In this document: one piece after another, positions 10,101 through 19,744 of the stretch | Layout of the letters: each line of letters begins with the position of its first letter | How positions within the stretch are numbered: position 1 is the first letter of the stretch | From: Candidatus Nanohalobium sp. | Lineage (GTDB): Archaea; Nanohalarchaeota; Nanosalinia; Nanosalinales; Nanosalinaceae | Assembly: GCA_042217555.1 (NCBI GenBank) | Contig: JBDGSL010000035.1 | Span: 1 to 41,778 of the forward strand | Direction of reading: 5' to 3' | Length of the DNA: 41,778 nucleotides | The notes under the pieces: model-generated | The model's input: only the letters and a program-made list of their open reading frames with translations | What the model was told of the DNA's origin: nothing | Database searches by the model: none | Translations under genes and position numbers: made by a program

Positions 10101-10210
10101 AGAACCTTCTTCAAACCTTTTTCTCCACACCCTCTCCTTTTTTACTTTCCTCAACTCTAGGCGCCTCCGGATCAAAGCGTTTTTATACAACCCTATACAA
10201 CAGTTTCCAT

Positions 10211-10501
10211 ATGAACAGCAGAAAAGGTCTATCCCAGATACTATGGCTTATAATCGCAGGAGCAGTACTCATGATGACAGGACTATCACTAATCGTACTA
10301 AGCCAAGGCGGAATAACCAGCACAAGCAACCAAGCCAACACAGCAGCCTGTACAAACGCCGTGAACACAAAATGCCAGCTTACAGGAGCCAATTCAATCA
10401 ACCCTCCTGCCACCTGCATGAAAGACGGAAAACTTATACCAGAGGTAAAGTCTAAGTACGGTTCCGGAGAGGGCAAGATAAGTTGTCCTTCATCAGATTA
10501 A
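10211..10501 (+). CDS. Type IV pilin
   Basis: MNSRKG|LSQILWLIIAGAVLMM; four Cys; TTTTTATA promoter-like motif just upstream. Confidence 0.75.
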   Translation: MNSRKGLSQILWLIIAGAVLMMTGLSLIVLSQGGITSTSNQANTAACTNAVNTKCQLTGANSINPPATCMKDGKLIPEVKSKYGSGEGKISCPSSD

Positions 10502-10551
10502 ACCTTTGACTACATCAGACATACAAGTCCTACAGACCACGAGGAGTACAC

Positions 10552-11169
10552 ATGGAGCTAAAGAAACGGAAAGGATTTAACAGCATATGGGCAGTCCTAA
10601 TAGGGGCTTTAGTTATAATGGCTCTTGGACTAGCCTTTCTACCAATAATAACTAATGCTACAACAGGTTTGCAGGACACCACCGATAAGATAGAGTGTGG
10701 AGCACAGAGCGACTTTGGTTCAAATATTCCCGGTATAAGCGGAGATAACTGCGATACACGAAACAGCGATAGCCCAATGGGCGAAGATCCTGGTGACGGC
10801 AGTCCGGGAAGTGGAGGAGGTGATGTTGAGATAACGCAGGCACATATTTTGACGGGAACGAATAATAATTTGCGGGTAACTGCTTCTGCCAAAAATACCA
10901 GCGATCAGGTTCAACAGATAAATATCTCAGTCGGGAAACTACTTCGTGACGGTGATGATGGTTGGATAGAACAGAATTCCACACAGTGTCCTCCAAATTC
11001 TTGCACGGTAACGACCGATCCTATAACGAAAAAGAAAGATATGAAGATCGGTGTCTTCCTCGGAAAAAAGAAGGATCCTATAGCGAACGGACTGGAAAAG
11101 AGTGAGTTAAACGCGCACGTGGTTAAAACATTATTCTGGGAAGACGACGAGTGGAAGGTGAAAAAATAA
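10552..11169 (+). CDS. Type IV pilin-like protein
   Basis: KKRKG|FNSIWAVLIGALVIMALGLAFL followed by a Gly/Asp linker. Confidence 0.7.
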   Translation: MELKKRKGFNSIWAVLIGALVIMALGLAFLPIITNATTGLQDTTDKIECGAQSDFGSNIPGISGDNCDTRNSDSPMGEDPGDGSPGSGGGDVEITQAHILTGTNNNLRVTASAKNTSDQVQQINISVGKLLRDGDDGWIEQNSTQCPPNSCTVTTDPITKKKDMKIGVFLGKKKDPIANGLEKSELNAHVVKTLFWEDDEWKVKK

Positions 11170-11170
11170 G

Positions 11171-12268
11171 ATGAAGAAGACTAAACTGGCTTTCACGGTT
11201 CTTATCCTGTTATCAGGAGTTCAAATGACATCAGCTCAAACCGAGGCAATACCAATAGAGGCTGTAGACCTCCATCGTAACATACTTACTGAGTCAGAGA
11301 TCTACAAGCACGGGACTTACCGATTCACTACATTCGGGGACGATTACAATAGTTATAAGTGGTGGCATTATGAAGTTAACAGAAATGTAGATTCAGCGGA
11401 AACCTACTGCGAGAACAATTACAACAGGAACCAGGTAGAAAGCAGCGGCGATATGTTCAAGGCCAGTTTTGGAGACTCTGAGAAGGCCGTGATATGTGTA
11501 AACGGTTCTAAGAACGGAAACTCTCATATCAGTGGTAGAGTGTTTGATCTTAAGGATGTTGACTATATGAAAGACGAGTGGGGTGGCTGCTCTCAGCCGG
11601 GACAGGATCTAGTTTTTAATGCAGAACTGGTTGGTAGCGGCCCATTTGCGAGTTACGATGAGGCCACTGTTAAGGGGTGCTGGAGTGTAAAAGGAGTTTA
11701 TAAAGCAGCCGAAGGAATGTACAAGGAGAAACGTCTGCGAGGTGTGATGTTAAACGTGGGTTATACAGATAAAGTCAAGGGTGAAAAGAAGACGTCATGG
11801 ATAAGCGGTACAGTTAACACTAACACGATGGATAGATTAATTACTCCTTCCTGCGATAATGGTGACTGCAGCCTTCCTTCAAGCAGCATCACTGATATAG
11901 AGATTCAGGGAGATGGAGGCATTTTCAAAGTCGACTTGGCGAAAGGTAAGACGAACTATCCGGTAGACGTGCATATGGAAATGCTTGGCAGCTACAAGCA
12001 TGAGACCGGAGGAAAAGTAAAAGGAGGAGAAAACGGCCTTAGTGGCTCTGAACTACGAAAACAATGCGACACCCCAGGTACCTGTGATATAGTGAACCAG
12101 ATCGACTTTACCGTAGATCCTGATGCTGCAGGAGGCCAGTCGCCAAAAGACGGAGGCAGGGACAAGCCAGAGGGTAACCCTGATAACCCGGATTCAGATG
12201 TACCCTTTTCAGGCGGATGGGATGGATCCAGTTTAAAGCTTTTAGGAAAAGTTCTCAGTCTGCTGTAA
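11171..12268 (+). CDS. Secreted Cys-rich hypothetical protein
   Basis: Sec-type signal peptide MKKTKLAFTVLILLSGVQMTSA. Confidence 0.65.
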   Translation: MKKTKLAFTVLILLSGVQMTSAQTEAIPIEAVDLHRNILTESEIYKHGTYRFTTFGDDYNSYKWWHYEVNRNVDSAETYCENNYNRNQVESSGDMFKASFGDSEKAVICVNGSKNGNSHISGRVFDLKDVDYMKDEWGGCSQPGQDLVFNAELVGSGPFASYDEATVKGCWSVKGVYKAAEGMYKEKRLRGVMLNVGYTDKVKGEKKTSWISGTVNTNTMDRLITPSCDNGDCSLPSSSITDIEIQGDGGIFKVDLAKGKTNYPVDVHMEMLGSYKHETGGKVKGGENGLSGSELRKQCDTPGTCDIVNQIDFTVDPDAAGGQSPKDGGRDKPEGNPDNPDSDVPFSGGWDGSSLKLLGKVLSLL

Positions 12269-12273
12269 CTTAT

Positions 12274-13725
12274 CTAGATACCGAGGTTTTCTTCTATTAT
12301 TTTCTCTATTTCCCAGATCTGGTCTATTTTTTCTGGTTTTTTGTCGTTGTTGACGGTTATCAGTGGTACCGGGTTTAGTGTGTGGGATGTGTTGGGGTTT
12401 TCCGGTGTTCCCATGTCTTCGCAGTTTCCGTGGTCAGCGGTTATCAGCATGGTGTAGTTGGTTTCCTTTATTTTTTCTTCGAGTCTTCCGATGTTTCTGT
12501 CTACTGTTTCGACTGCGGTCTTTGCTGCTTCGAGGTCTCCTGTGTGTCCTACGAGGTCGCAGTTTGCGAAGTTCAGCAGTATAAACTCTTTCTCTCCCTC
12601 ATCCAGGGCTTCCAGGACCACGTCTGTGATGTCGTCGGCGTGCATCTCCGGTTTCTGGTCGTAGGCTTTGATCTTGTCTGATTCCACGAAGTGCCGCTCT
12701 TCATGGTCGAACTCGAGTTCTCTCTGGCCGTTGAAGAAGTACGTGACGTGCGGTCGTTTCTGTGACTCTGCTACGCGTAACTGGCTGAGACCTTCTTCTT
12801 CGATTTTTTCTCCCAGTGTGTTTTCGACTACCTGTTTTTCAAACATTACAGGGTTTTCAAAGTCCTTGCGGTAGCGGAACATGGAGACGAAGCCCGGCCT
12901 AACAGGGTTTCTGAACTCCTCAAAGTTTTCTTTCAGTAGCGCTTCGGCGATCTGTCGCTCCCTGTCTGCCCGGAAGTTGTAGAAGACAACCTGGTCATCG
13001 CTTTCTATGCCTTCAAAGTCTTTCCGTGCTGCAGGGACTGTGAAGTAGTCGTAGTCACCGTTGCTGTATGTCTCCTCCAGTGCTTTCCGTGGATCTGTGA
13101 ACTGGAGGCCTTCTCCCTCCGCCATGGTTCTGTATGCTTTTTCCGTACGGTCCCAGTTGTGGTCGCGGTCCATGCTGTAGTATCGGCCCATTACGGTGGC
13201 GATCTCGCCTCCGAATTTTTGTGTCCATTTCTCTATCCGGTCCAGGAACTTCTCCGCGCTTTTCGGAGCGACGTCTCTTCCATCGGTGAAGCAGTGGATC
13301 TTGACCTCTATTTCGTAGTCAGAGGCAATTTCAAGAAGTGCTTTGAGATGTTCTATGTGTCCGTGGATTCCGCCGTCGGAGATGATTCCGGCGAAGTGTA
13401 CCGTGGAGTCCTCTTCTTCGGCTTTCTCCAGCGCGTCTTTCAGGGCCTTTTTCTCTCCCAGTTTGTTGTTTTCGATCGCTTCGTTGATCCTGGTCAGTCG
13501 CTGCGGTATCTTTCGACCTGCTCCAAGATGTAGATGGCCGACCTCTGAGTTACCTGTGTATCCTTCGGGAAGGCCTACGGCAGGGCCGGATGCCTCTAAT
13601 TTGTCGAACCCTTGTCTTGTCATGAGTTTGCCGAGGTTGGGTGTCTGTCCCTGTTTGAATGCGTTTGCTTCTGTCTTTTCTCTGAGTCCGACGCCGTCCA
13701 TGACCACGAGGAGTACCGGTTTCAT
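12274..13725 (-). CDS. gpmI: 2,3-bisphosphoglycerate-independent phosphoglycerate mutase
   Basis: LVVMDGVG, GNSEVGH, FTDGRD, GRYYSMDRD, NFRADR, DLVGHTG, ITADHGN, TSHT. Start taken at MKPVLL. Confidence 0.95.
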   Translation of the reverse strand: MKPVLLVVMDGVGLREKTEANAFKQGQTPNLGKLMTRQGFDKLEASGPAVGLPEGYTGNSEVGHLHLGAGRKIPQRLTRINEAIENNKLGEKKALKDALEKAEEEDSTVHFAGIISDGGIHGHIEHLKALLEIASDYEIEVKIHCFTDGRDVAPKSAEKFLDRIEKWTQKFGGEIATVMGRYYSMDRDHNWDRTEKAYRTMAEGEGLQFTDPRKALEETYSNGDYDYFTVPAARKDFEGIESDDQVVFYNFRADRERQIAEALLKENFEEFRNPVRPGFVSMFRYRKDFENPVMFEKQVVENTLGEKIEEEGLSQLRVAESQKRPHVTYFFNGQRELEFDHEERHFVESDKIKAYDQKPEMHADDITDVVLEALDEGEKEFILLNFANCDLVGHTGDLEAAKTAVETVDRNIGRLEEKIKETNYTMLITADHGNCEDMGTPENPNTSHTLNPVPLITVNNDKKPEKIDQIWEIEKIIEENLGI

Positions 13726-13780
13726 AAACTGTTTTTGGGTTTCGGTAGATTTTATTAACTCGGATAGGGAATCTGTTTTC

Positions 13781-14152
13781 ATGGGTATTGAAGAGAATAT
13801 TGAGGATGCGCGGGGCCGTGTTGAGGAGGATGACATGGATGATTTGAGGTCCCGTCTGGAGAGCCTGGAGCTGGAGTTTCAGAACCGTGAGATACATGAC
13901 AGAGCAGCCCAGAAGAGGATAGAAAGGGTTGAAAGGAGCCTGGAGGATATTGATAGCTGTGAGGACCTGGAGCAGCGTATCGAGGAAGTTGAAAGGCAAC
14001 TGGTGGATCTTTCACGTGGTGTTGACGAGAGAATAGATAAGTCAGTGGAGAACCAGGTACGGGAGTTAAGAGATGATGTCGATGATGTGAAGAACGATAT
14101 GGAGAAGCTGGCCTCTGCTGTCATGGAGATTTCAGACATGCTAAGCCGGTAA
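13781..14152 (+). CDS. Acidic coiled-coil protein
   Basis: Heptad-rich E/D/R sequence, divergent from gpmI. Confidence 0.75.
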   Translation: MGIEENIEDARGRVEEDDMDDLRSRLESLELEFQNREIHDRAAQKRIERVERSLEDIDSCEDLEQRIEEVERQLVDLSRGVDERIDKSVENQVRELRDDVDDVKNDMEKLASAVMEISDMLSR

Positions 14153-14220
14153 GTGTGTTGTCACTTTGTATTCTACAAAGGCTTTTAACTTTTTGACAGG
14201 AAACCGGTACCAGAGGTAAG

Positions 14221-15840
14221 ATGGCTGAAGAAGTTATATTCGGGGGAGACGAAGAAGACGAAGGCGAGCAGGAAACCCTTCTGGAACAGGATGAAAGCAG
14301 TGAAGAAAGCGCTGAAGCCAGCGAGGAGGAAACCAGCGAAAACAGTACCGGGAAAGAAACAGATAGCTCAACTGAAGAACAACAGATGGAGGAAACTCAG
14401 GAAAACAAGGAACCGGAAGAACACGTGGAGAAGATCGAAGAACTGGAAGAAAAAGTAAGCAGCCTTGAAACAGAGATAGAAGAGTTCTCTGATCAGGAAG
14501 TATCTTACAACGTGGAAGAACTAAAGGAAGAGGTGAAACAGGATGATTCTATCCAGGAGCTGGAGGACCGACTGGAAGAGTTGAGAGATGACTTTGAAAG
14601 GATTGAAAGTCTTGAAAACGAGCTGGAAGAGCTTGACAGGGAAGATCCTGGCCTGGAAGACGAAATCAACAGGATTGAGGAAGAGTTCTCTGAAAAGTTC
14701 GAGGACTTCAGGTCGAGGATGAACGAAGTTGAGGAAAGCAGGGAACTGGAAGAGCTTGAAGAGGAAGTTGAGAAGGTTAAGGACCGTGTCGCGGAGAAGA
14801 CAGATCTGATCAACAGCTTGAAAGAAGATTACGACGAAAAGATAAGCAAGGTTTCCTCCCTTGAAGACGAAGAGCTTGGAAGCCTGAATGAAGACGTGGA
14901 CACACTTGAAGAAGACTTGAAGGAAGCGAAAGAAGACATAGACAGTATCAGAGATGAAGTTGAGGGGGAAAGTTCAGAAGTCGAAGAACTGAAGGAAAAA
15001 GTATCAGAGCTTGAAGAGAAAGAAGAGAAACTGGAAGATTTAGAGAACAGGCTGAGCGAAGTGGAAGACCTGGGAGAAGAGGTAGACAAGCTTGAGGAAG
15101 AAAGCAGAAAGTTAGAGGAGCTTCGTGAGGATGTAGAGGATCACAGGGAGAAAAGTTCGGAGAAACTGGATGAGCTTGAGGAGAACATAGATGACCTGGC
15201 AGCCATGATAGACAGTAAAGCCGATCTTGAAGAGTTTGAAGAGGTCAAGGCCCGGCTCTCAGAGGTTGAGGAGAGAAGCTTCGAGGATCTTCTGATAAAG
15301 GCTGAGAACCTGGAGAACAGGATCGAGAAGCTGAGAGACAACCAGGAGGAGATGGATATCTCCAAGCTACAGAAAGAGGTAGATCAGCTTAAAGGCATGG
15401 TATCGGACTTCAAGTGGATATTCAACGACTTCGACGACCTGGCAGAGCTTAAGCTGCTGTCAAAGGATGAGTACCGGAATCTGCAGAGCAAGATAGAGGA
15501 AGTGGAGAAGACAGCAGAAAAAGAAGAAGGGAGTTCACCTGATACGTCCGGAATGATAGAGGACCTGAACCAGAACCTGGAGAAAATACTGGAACAGGCT
15601 CAGAGAAGTGATAAAAAGGAGTTTACAGAAGTAAAAAGCCGTATCAGGTCGCTGGAAGAAAAGGTAGAATCAAGAGATGCTGAAGTCACACAGGAAGACC
15701 TTGAAACAGTAGTTGACGAGCTTGACCGGCAGGAAGAAGCTATAGAAGACATCAGGGAAGGCTACGAGGAACTTGGAGAGATGATGCAGCTGGTTCTGAA
15801 AGAACTCCGGGAGACAAGAGACATGGAGTTCTCAAACTAG
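14221..15840 (+). CDS. Long acidic coiled-coil protein
   Basis: About 470 aa of E/L/K heptads after a disordered N-terminus; GAGGT RBS-like motif upstream. Confidence 0.8.
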   Translation: MAEEVIFGGDEEDEGEQETLLEQDESSEESAEASEEETSENSTGKETDSSTEEQQMEETQENKEPEEHVEKIEELEEKVSSLETEIEEFSDQEVSYNVEELKEEVKQDDSIQELEDRLEELRDDFERIESLENELEELDREDPGLEDEINRIEEEFSEKFEDFRSRMNEVEESRELEELEEEVEKVKDRVAEKTDLINSLKEDYDEKISKVSSLEDEELGSLNEDVDTLEEDLKEAKEDIDSIRDEVEGESSEVEELKEKVSELEEKEEKLEDLENRLSEVEDLGEEVDKLEEESRKLEELREDVEDHREKSSEKLDELEENIDDLAAMIDSKADLEEFEEVKARLSEVEERSFEDLLIKAENLENRIEKLRDNQEEMDISKLQKEVDQLKGMVSDFKWIFNDFDDLAELKLLSKDEYRNLQSKIEEVEKTAEKEEGSSPDTSGMIEDLNQNLEKILEQAQRSDKKEFTEVKSRIRSLEEKVESRDAEVTQEDLETVVDELDRQEEAIEDIREGYEELGEMMQLVLKELRETRDMEFSN

Positions 15841-15865
15841 AAAAATACGTTACAGACACATTTTT

Positions 15866-16888
15866 TCAGGTGAAGCTGTCCAGCCCTGACTGCCTGGACT
15901 CAAGAGCTGCCTGCAGGTCGTTAAGACCTGAATCCACTCTTTCCTCCGAGAAATCGTGCTGTTTCACAAGCACGTCCTTTATATCTTCTCTTTCAGGCGT
16001 ACCGAACTTGAAGTCTACATCCTCTACAGGCGGGTTTCGGAAGAATTCAAGTATCTTCTCCGGGTCGTTGTCCGACTTCCATTCAACTTTCTCATCTTCC
16101 AGCAGTTCATTGAAGCTTCCATGTTTTTTGACAAGTTTCAAAGCTGTTTTAGGGCCTACACCGTAAACTCCGTCCGGGTTGAAGTCTGTACCTACCAGTA
16201 TACCCAGCCAGATAAGTTTTTCATGCGTTATATCCAGTTCTTCAAGCACCGACTTCAGCTCTATCCTCTCCGTGGAAACCTCTTTCCTGCCGCCGCCGGA
16301 ACTCTTCCTTGTCTTCCGGGAAGTAAGATTCCTTACCATGGTGTCAGCACCGAAGAGAAGACAGTCCCAGTCCTGAGAGCCAACAGCATACACGTCACTT
16401 CGGCTTACCATGTAGGCTGCCTGTGCCTCACCTTCGCTTGGAGCCACGATGTATGGAAGTCCCATAGCGTCAAGCAGTTTCTGAGCTTCCTCAATCATCT
16501 CGCCTGTCAGCTTAGAACTCTGTGTGGCTTTGGAGTACGCCTCTGAGATCTTACCCTCTTCCCTTAATCTTTCCCATTCCTTCCTTGCTTCCTCCCGTCT
16601 TTTCCTTCTCTCCTTGGCCTCCTTTGCCTTCAACTGAGGAGGCTTACCATCAAAAACGTAGACAGGCCGGATGTTATTCTCCAGCAGGTTTATACTGCGG
16701 TAGAAAAGTCCTGAAAGATGGGAAGTAACCTGACCGGACGAATCCTTCAGAGGAGTGCCATCCCTCTGTCTTATAATCGAGAGAAACTGGTACATAGTAT
16801 TCATAGCATCGACTGCGACAACCCTGTCATTCAGGTCAGCAAAACTGATCTCTTCCGGCTCCACCAGCTCTCCCAGATCTACTCCCAT
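15866..16888 (-). CDS. fen: Flap endonuclease 1
   Basis: AVDAMNTMYQFLSIIRQRDG, APSEGEAQAA, GTDFNPDG, and a C-terminal PIP-like QSGLDSF. Confidence 0.97.
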   Translation of the reverse strand: MGVDLGELVEPEEISFADLNDRVVAVDAMNTMYQFLSIIRQRDGTPLKDSSGQVTSHLSGLFYRSINLLENNIRPVYVFDGKPPQLKAKEAKERRKRREEARKEWERLREEGKISEAYSKATQSSKLTGEMIEEAQKLLDAMGLPYIVAPSEGEAQAAYMVSRSDVYAVGSQDWDCLLFGADTMVRNLTSRKTRKSSGGGRKEVSTERIELKSVLEELDITHEKLIWLGILVGTDFNPDGVYGVGPKTALKLVKKHGSFNELLEDEKVEWKSDNDPEKILEFFRNPPVEDVDFKFGTPEREDIKDVLVKQHDFSEERVDSGLNDLQAALESRQSGLDSFT

Positions 16889-16957
16889 AACAGTACTTAA
16901 CGTCCAGGAAACTTATAGAGATTAACAAAAAAGAGAATTTAGGAAAAGAAGATGATT

Positions 16958-17212
16958 TCAGAGCTTGTCGAAATGCTCCAGTTCAATGCTCTGAACGTTG
17001 TCCAGTTCCTCAAGTTTCTCTTCAACTGCATCCGTTCCTCCTTCCTCATCAGTCGTGATAGTAGACACTTTTACAGCCTTGAGGCCGAAAGCTACCTCTT
17101 CCTCTCCGAGATCCTCAACATCCAGTACCTCTCTGACCTGGTCCTTGACATCCTCTAAATCGGTTTCAGAGTCTTCCGGCATTACCTTGTAAACACACGA
17201 AATCTTTCCCAT
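16958..17212 (-). CDS. ef1b: Translation elongation factor 1-beta
   Basis: KVMPED, EEVAFGLKA, EGGTDAVEE. Confidence 0.93.
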   Translation of the reverse strand: MGKISCVYKVMPEDSETDLEDVKDQVREVLDVEDLGEEEVAFGLKAVKVSTITTDEEGGTDAVEEKLEELDNVQSIELEHFDKL

Positions 17213-17440
17213 AAGTTTTCCAACACCTACAAAAAAAAAGAAGACAAGAAAAAGTTATAACCAGTACGATTCAAGAGAGCAGAAGAGGAAAAACCTCCAT
17301 CACTAAAACGGAAGCTTCCCTCTAAGCTCCTTAAGCTTCTTCATAACATCCATAGACTAACTTTCACCTTACACAAGAACAGTATTTACAAGACGCATTT
17401 TTAAAACTACCAAGCCATCAACCCTATACACCATTAACAC

Positions 17441-17645
17441 GCCCTCATGGTCTAGCTGGAAAGACGGCACCTTGCGGAGGGACTCCTAACGCAGAGTAAC
17501 CGAAACTCTTCTGGAGTTTCTGGTGACGCACAAAATCGCATGAAGCGATTTTGGAGTCGCACACATTGAACCATTCTCAAAGAATGGCTCTTAGAAAGTC
17601 CTAGCAGATAGGTGCAGATCCGGGGTTCAAATCCCCGTGAGGGCG
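17441..17645 (+). tRNA. tRNA-Arg(GCG) with a 132-nt intron at 37/38 (17478..17609)
   Basis: Acceptor GCCCTCA/TGAGGGC, anticodon arm GCACC-TT-GCG-G|A-GGTGC, T arm TTCAAAT. Exon TTGC pairs with intron GCAG (BHB-like). Confidence 0.9.
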
Positions 17646-17669
17646 CTGGAGTTTCTGTTATAAACCCTA

Positions 17670-18205
17670 GAAACCCTTATGAGAGGGTGCGTCATGGGGG
17701 TTGTTTCACAGGGTTACGTCATGACAGCGTGGCTTCCACGGAGGGCACATTATGACCCCATGCTTCGCCCGTGGTTGAAGCAGGTATTCAGGTGTTTTCA
17801 GCCTCATAAGGCCTAAATCAGGCTGTAGATATGTCTGAATATGGTTTTTAGGTATAATTCAGATCTTACGAGGGGTCTTGAGATTAGGGGCCTCTAGAGA
17901 GGGCCTGAAAATAAGGGGTTCATGAGACCCTGGTTTAGGCTGCCCTCTCATGAGAGGTCTGCCTAGCCTCTGGTTATCTCATGAGATGTTGCTTTCAGCC
18001 CTCCCTCTATTTAGAGATGTCTGATCCTAGAGAGTCTAATTAGGTGTCTATAAGAGGTCATAGGCATCAGGGTATAGGCCCGGCCACACACCCCTCTTGA
18101 CACCGCCGTGACACAGGAGGAGGGGGTGTATAGGTGCTGATAGATACCTATAGGCGGTTTCTAGACCTCTCTTGACATTGGTGTGACATCTTTTGACACC
18201 TTTTG
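17670..18205. repeat. Array of CTCATGAG-like palindromes and TGACA direct repeats
   Basis: CCTCTCATGAGAGG, ATCTCATGAGAT, GGGTTCATGAGACCC and GTCATGAC; TGACA at about 11-bp spacing near 18098-18200. Confidence 0.65.
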
Positions 18206-19552
18206 TCATCTATTCTCGTTTAGTATGTAGTGAGTGTCACTGCCTTCTCCTCGCCTGTCTATCCATCTTTTTTCTATCAAGTTATTCAGGTCTCTTAAGG
18301 CTGTCTTCTTTGATATTTCTCCACTTACCAGTTCTTGATAATCGGAAGAAGTGATTTTTTCTGAGAAGTAGAGGTGTCTAATTGCCTTTCTCTGCCGTTG
18401 GTTGAGGTCCTGGGGTATTTCCCTGCCTATCAAGTTGACTACAAACTTCCCGTTATCGACAAAATCAGGCTTTGGATAATTCCTGTCAGTCATTTCTTTT
18501 GTTATTCTCTGTATTCCTGTCCCCATTTCTTCAGCAAGTTCCATTCTCTGCATTACACTTGCTATTGTTGGGTTTCTCTGTATTGATTCATCTTCCCAGA
18601 GGTCATCTATTGACATATTGCCTATGAGGCCTCCAGGGTTGCTTATTTCTACTCTATTAGGATATACCTTTACTTGAGTCTTTTGCCTCTGATTATGATA
18701 ATCTCTGTGCACAACTGCATTAACTAAGGCCTCTCTTAGAGCGTTGGTTGGGTACTGATTCACTGTTTCCCTACCCGTGTCTTTGACTCTTCTCTTAGAT
18801 CTGGTGTTGTCGTGGATAAAGTCTATAGCCTCAAAAACTGCTAATATAAGCGGAGAGTTAATCTCTTTCTTTTCTACCCATTCTATATCATCATCTTCTG
18901 ACTCAAAGGCTATACACTGGATTCCGGAGTTGGGAACGAATCTTTCCGGTTTAACTCCGAATAAGATAGCTCCTGCATTATTAACCTCTATTTTATCCTC
19001 CTCTGTATGTGCAAGACCTAAATGTCTAAGCATTGAATCGTTTTCAATCTCTTCTTCCGATATTTTTGCACGTTCCTGAAATCTGCTAACGGCCTCAGAG
19101 TCTATATCTTCTGGATATTGGAATCTTCTGCACTCGACTTGCTCAAAGTTTATATCTCCACTTTCTTCCATCAAGGCCCTTATTTGATCATGAGACATTG
19201 ATTGATCCACAGTGTCTTGCCTGATATAATAGCCAGAAGGGGCTTTATTCACTGCATCCTTATTTCCTTCTACATCCACGACCAACAAGCCGTCTATCGC
19301 ATCTATATTGGTGCTTAGAACACCCTCAACAGTATTTATTTCGTCTTGGACATCAGATCTTTTGTCGTTTAAATTCCATTTATCAAGTCCTGGCACTCTG
19401 CTACCATCATCTTCCAGACCAATAATAAGTTTACCTCCCTCTGCGTTAGCAAAAGAAGTAACTACCACAGCTACATCGCTTACAGAACGCTTAAACTCTG
19501 TTTTTTGATCTTCTCCAGTCTTAATAATAGCTCGTAGTTTCTCTTCATCCAT
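18206..19552 (-). CDS. AlbA_2 (Schlafen-like) + RecG_C/HATPase_c_4 + winged-helix protein
   Basis: GEDQKTEFK, SFANAEGGKLIIGLEDDG, ALREALVNAVVHRDY, RNPTIA...GTGI, TALRDLNNL...G.G. Confidence 0.9.
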   Translation of the reverse strand: MDEEKLRAIIKTGEDQKTEFKRSVSDVAVVVTSFANAEGGKLIIGLEDDGSRVPGLDKWNLNDKRSDVQDEINTVEGVLSTNIDAIDGLLVVDVEGNKDAVNKAPSGYYIRQDTVDQSMSHDQIRALMEESGDINFEQVECRRFQYPEDIDSEAVSRFQERAKISEEEIENDSMLRHLGLAHTEEDKIEVNNAGAILFGVKPERFVPNSGIQCIAFESEDDDIEWVEKKEINSPLILAVFEAIDFIHDNTRSKRRVKDTGRETVNQYPTNALREALVNAVVHRDYHNQRQKTQVKVYPNRVEISNPGGLIGNMSIDDLWEDESIQRNPTIASVMQRMELAEEMGTGIQRITKEMTDRNYPKPDFVDNGKFVVNLIGREIPQDLNQRQRKAIRHLYFSEKITSSDYQELVSGEISKKTALRDLNNLIEKRWIDRRGEGSDTHYILNENR

Positions 19553-19590
19553 ATTTCAGAACCCGTTAAAAGTTCTAAAGTATCTTTCGA

Positions 19591-19744
19591 CTATTCAGCT
19601 TCTTCCAGTTCTAAACTTCCTTTATCGGTGAGATGCCACTCCAGTTCTTCACCGTCTTCCCAACCTTTTGCATTTCTCATATTTTTTGGGAACTGTAATT
19701 GTGGCCTGATCTGTTGAGTCTTTGACTTGAAGCTTGTAACTCAT
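19591..19744 (-). pseudogene. AbrB/MazE/SpoVT-like DNA-binding protein with a +1 frameshift
   Basis: MSYKLQVKDSTDQATITVPK continues as NMRNAKGWEDGEELEW... only if one A is removed from the A6 run (19682-19687). Confidence 0.7.

Noticed and set aside
3387..12268. Diversity-generating retroelement acting on pilins
   Set aside because: No reverse transcriptase and no TR/VR repeat pair are visible in this window.
13343..13780. 5' extension of the coiled-coil ORF (and the similar extension of gpmI to 13836)
   Set aside because: Each extension overlaps the other gene on the opposite strand. The real starts are 13781 and 13725.
14505..15365. Ser-rich minus-strand ORFs
   Set aside because: Antisense shadows of GAA/GAG-rich coding sequence.
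17670..18205. CRISPR array
   Set aside because: Repeats are short, degenerate and irregularly spaced, and no cas genes are present.
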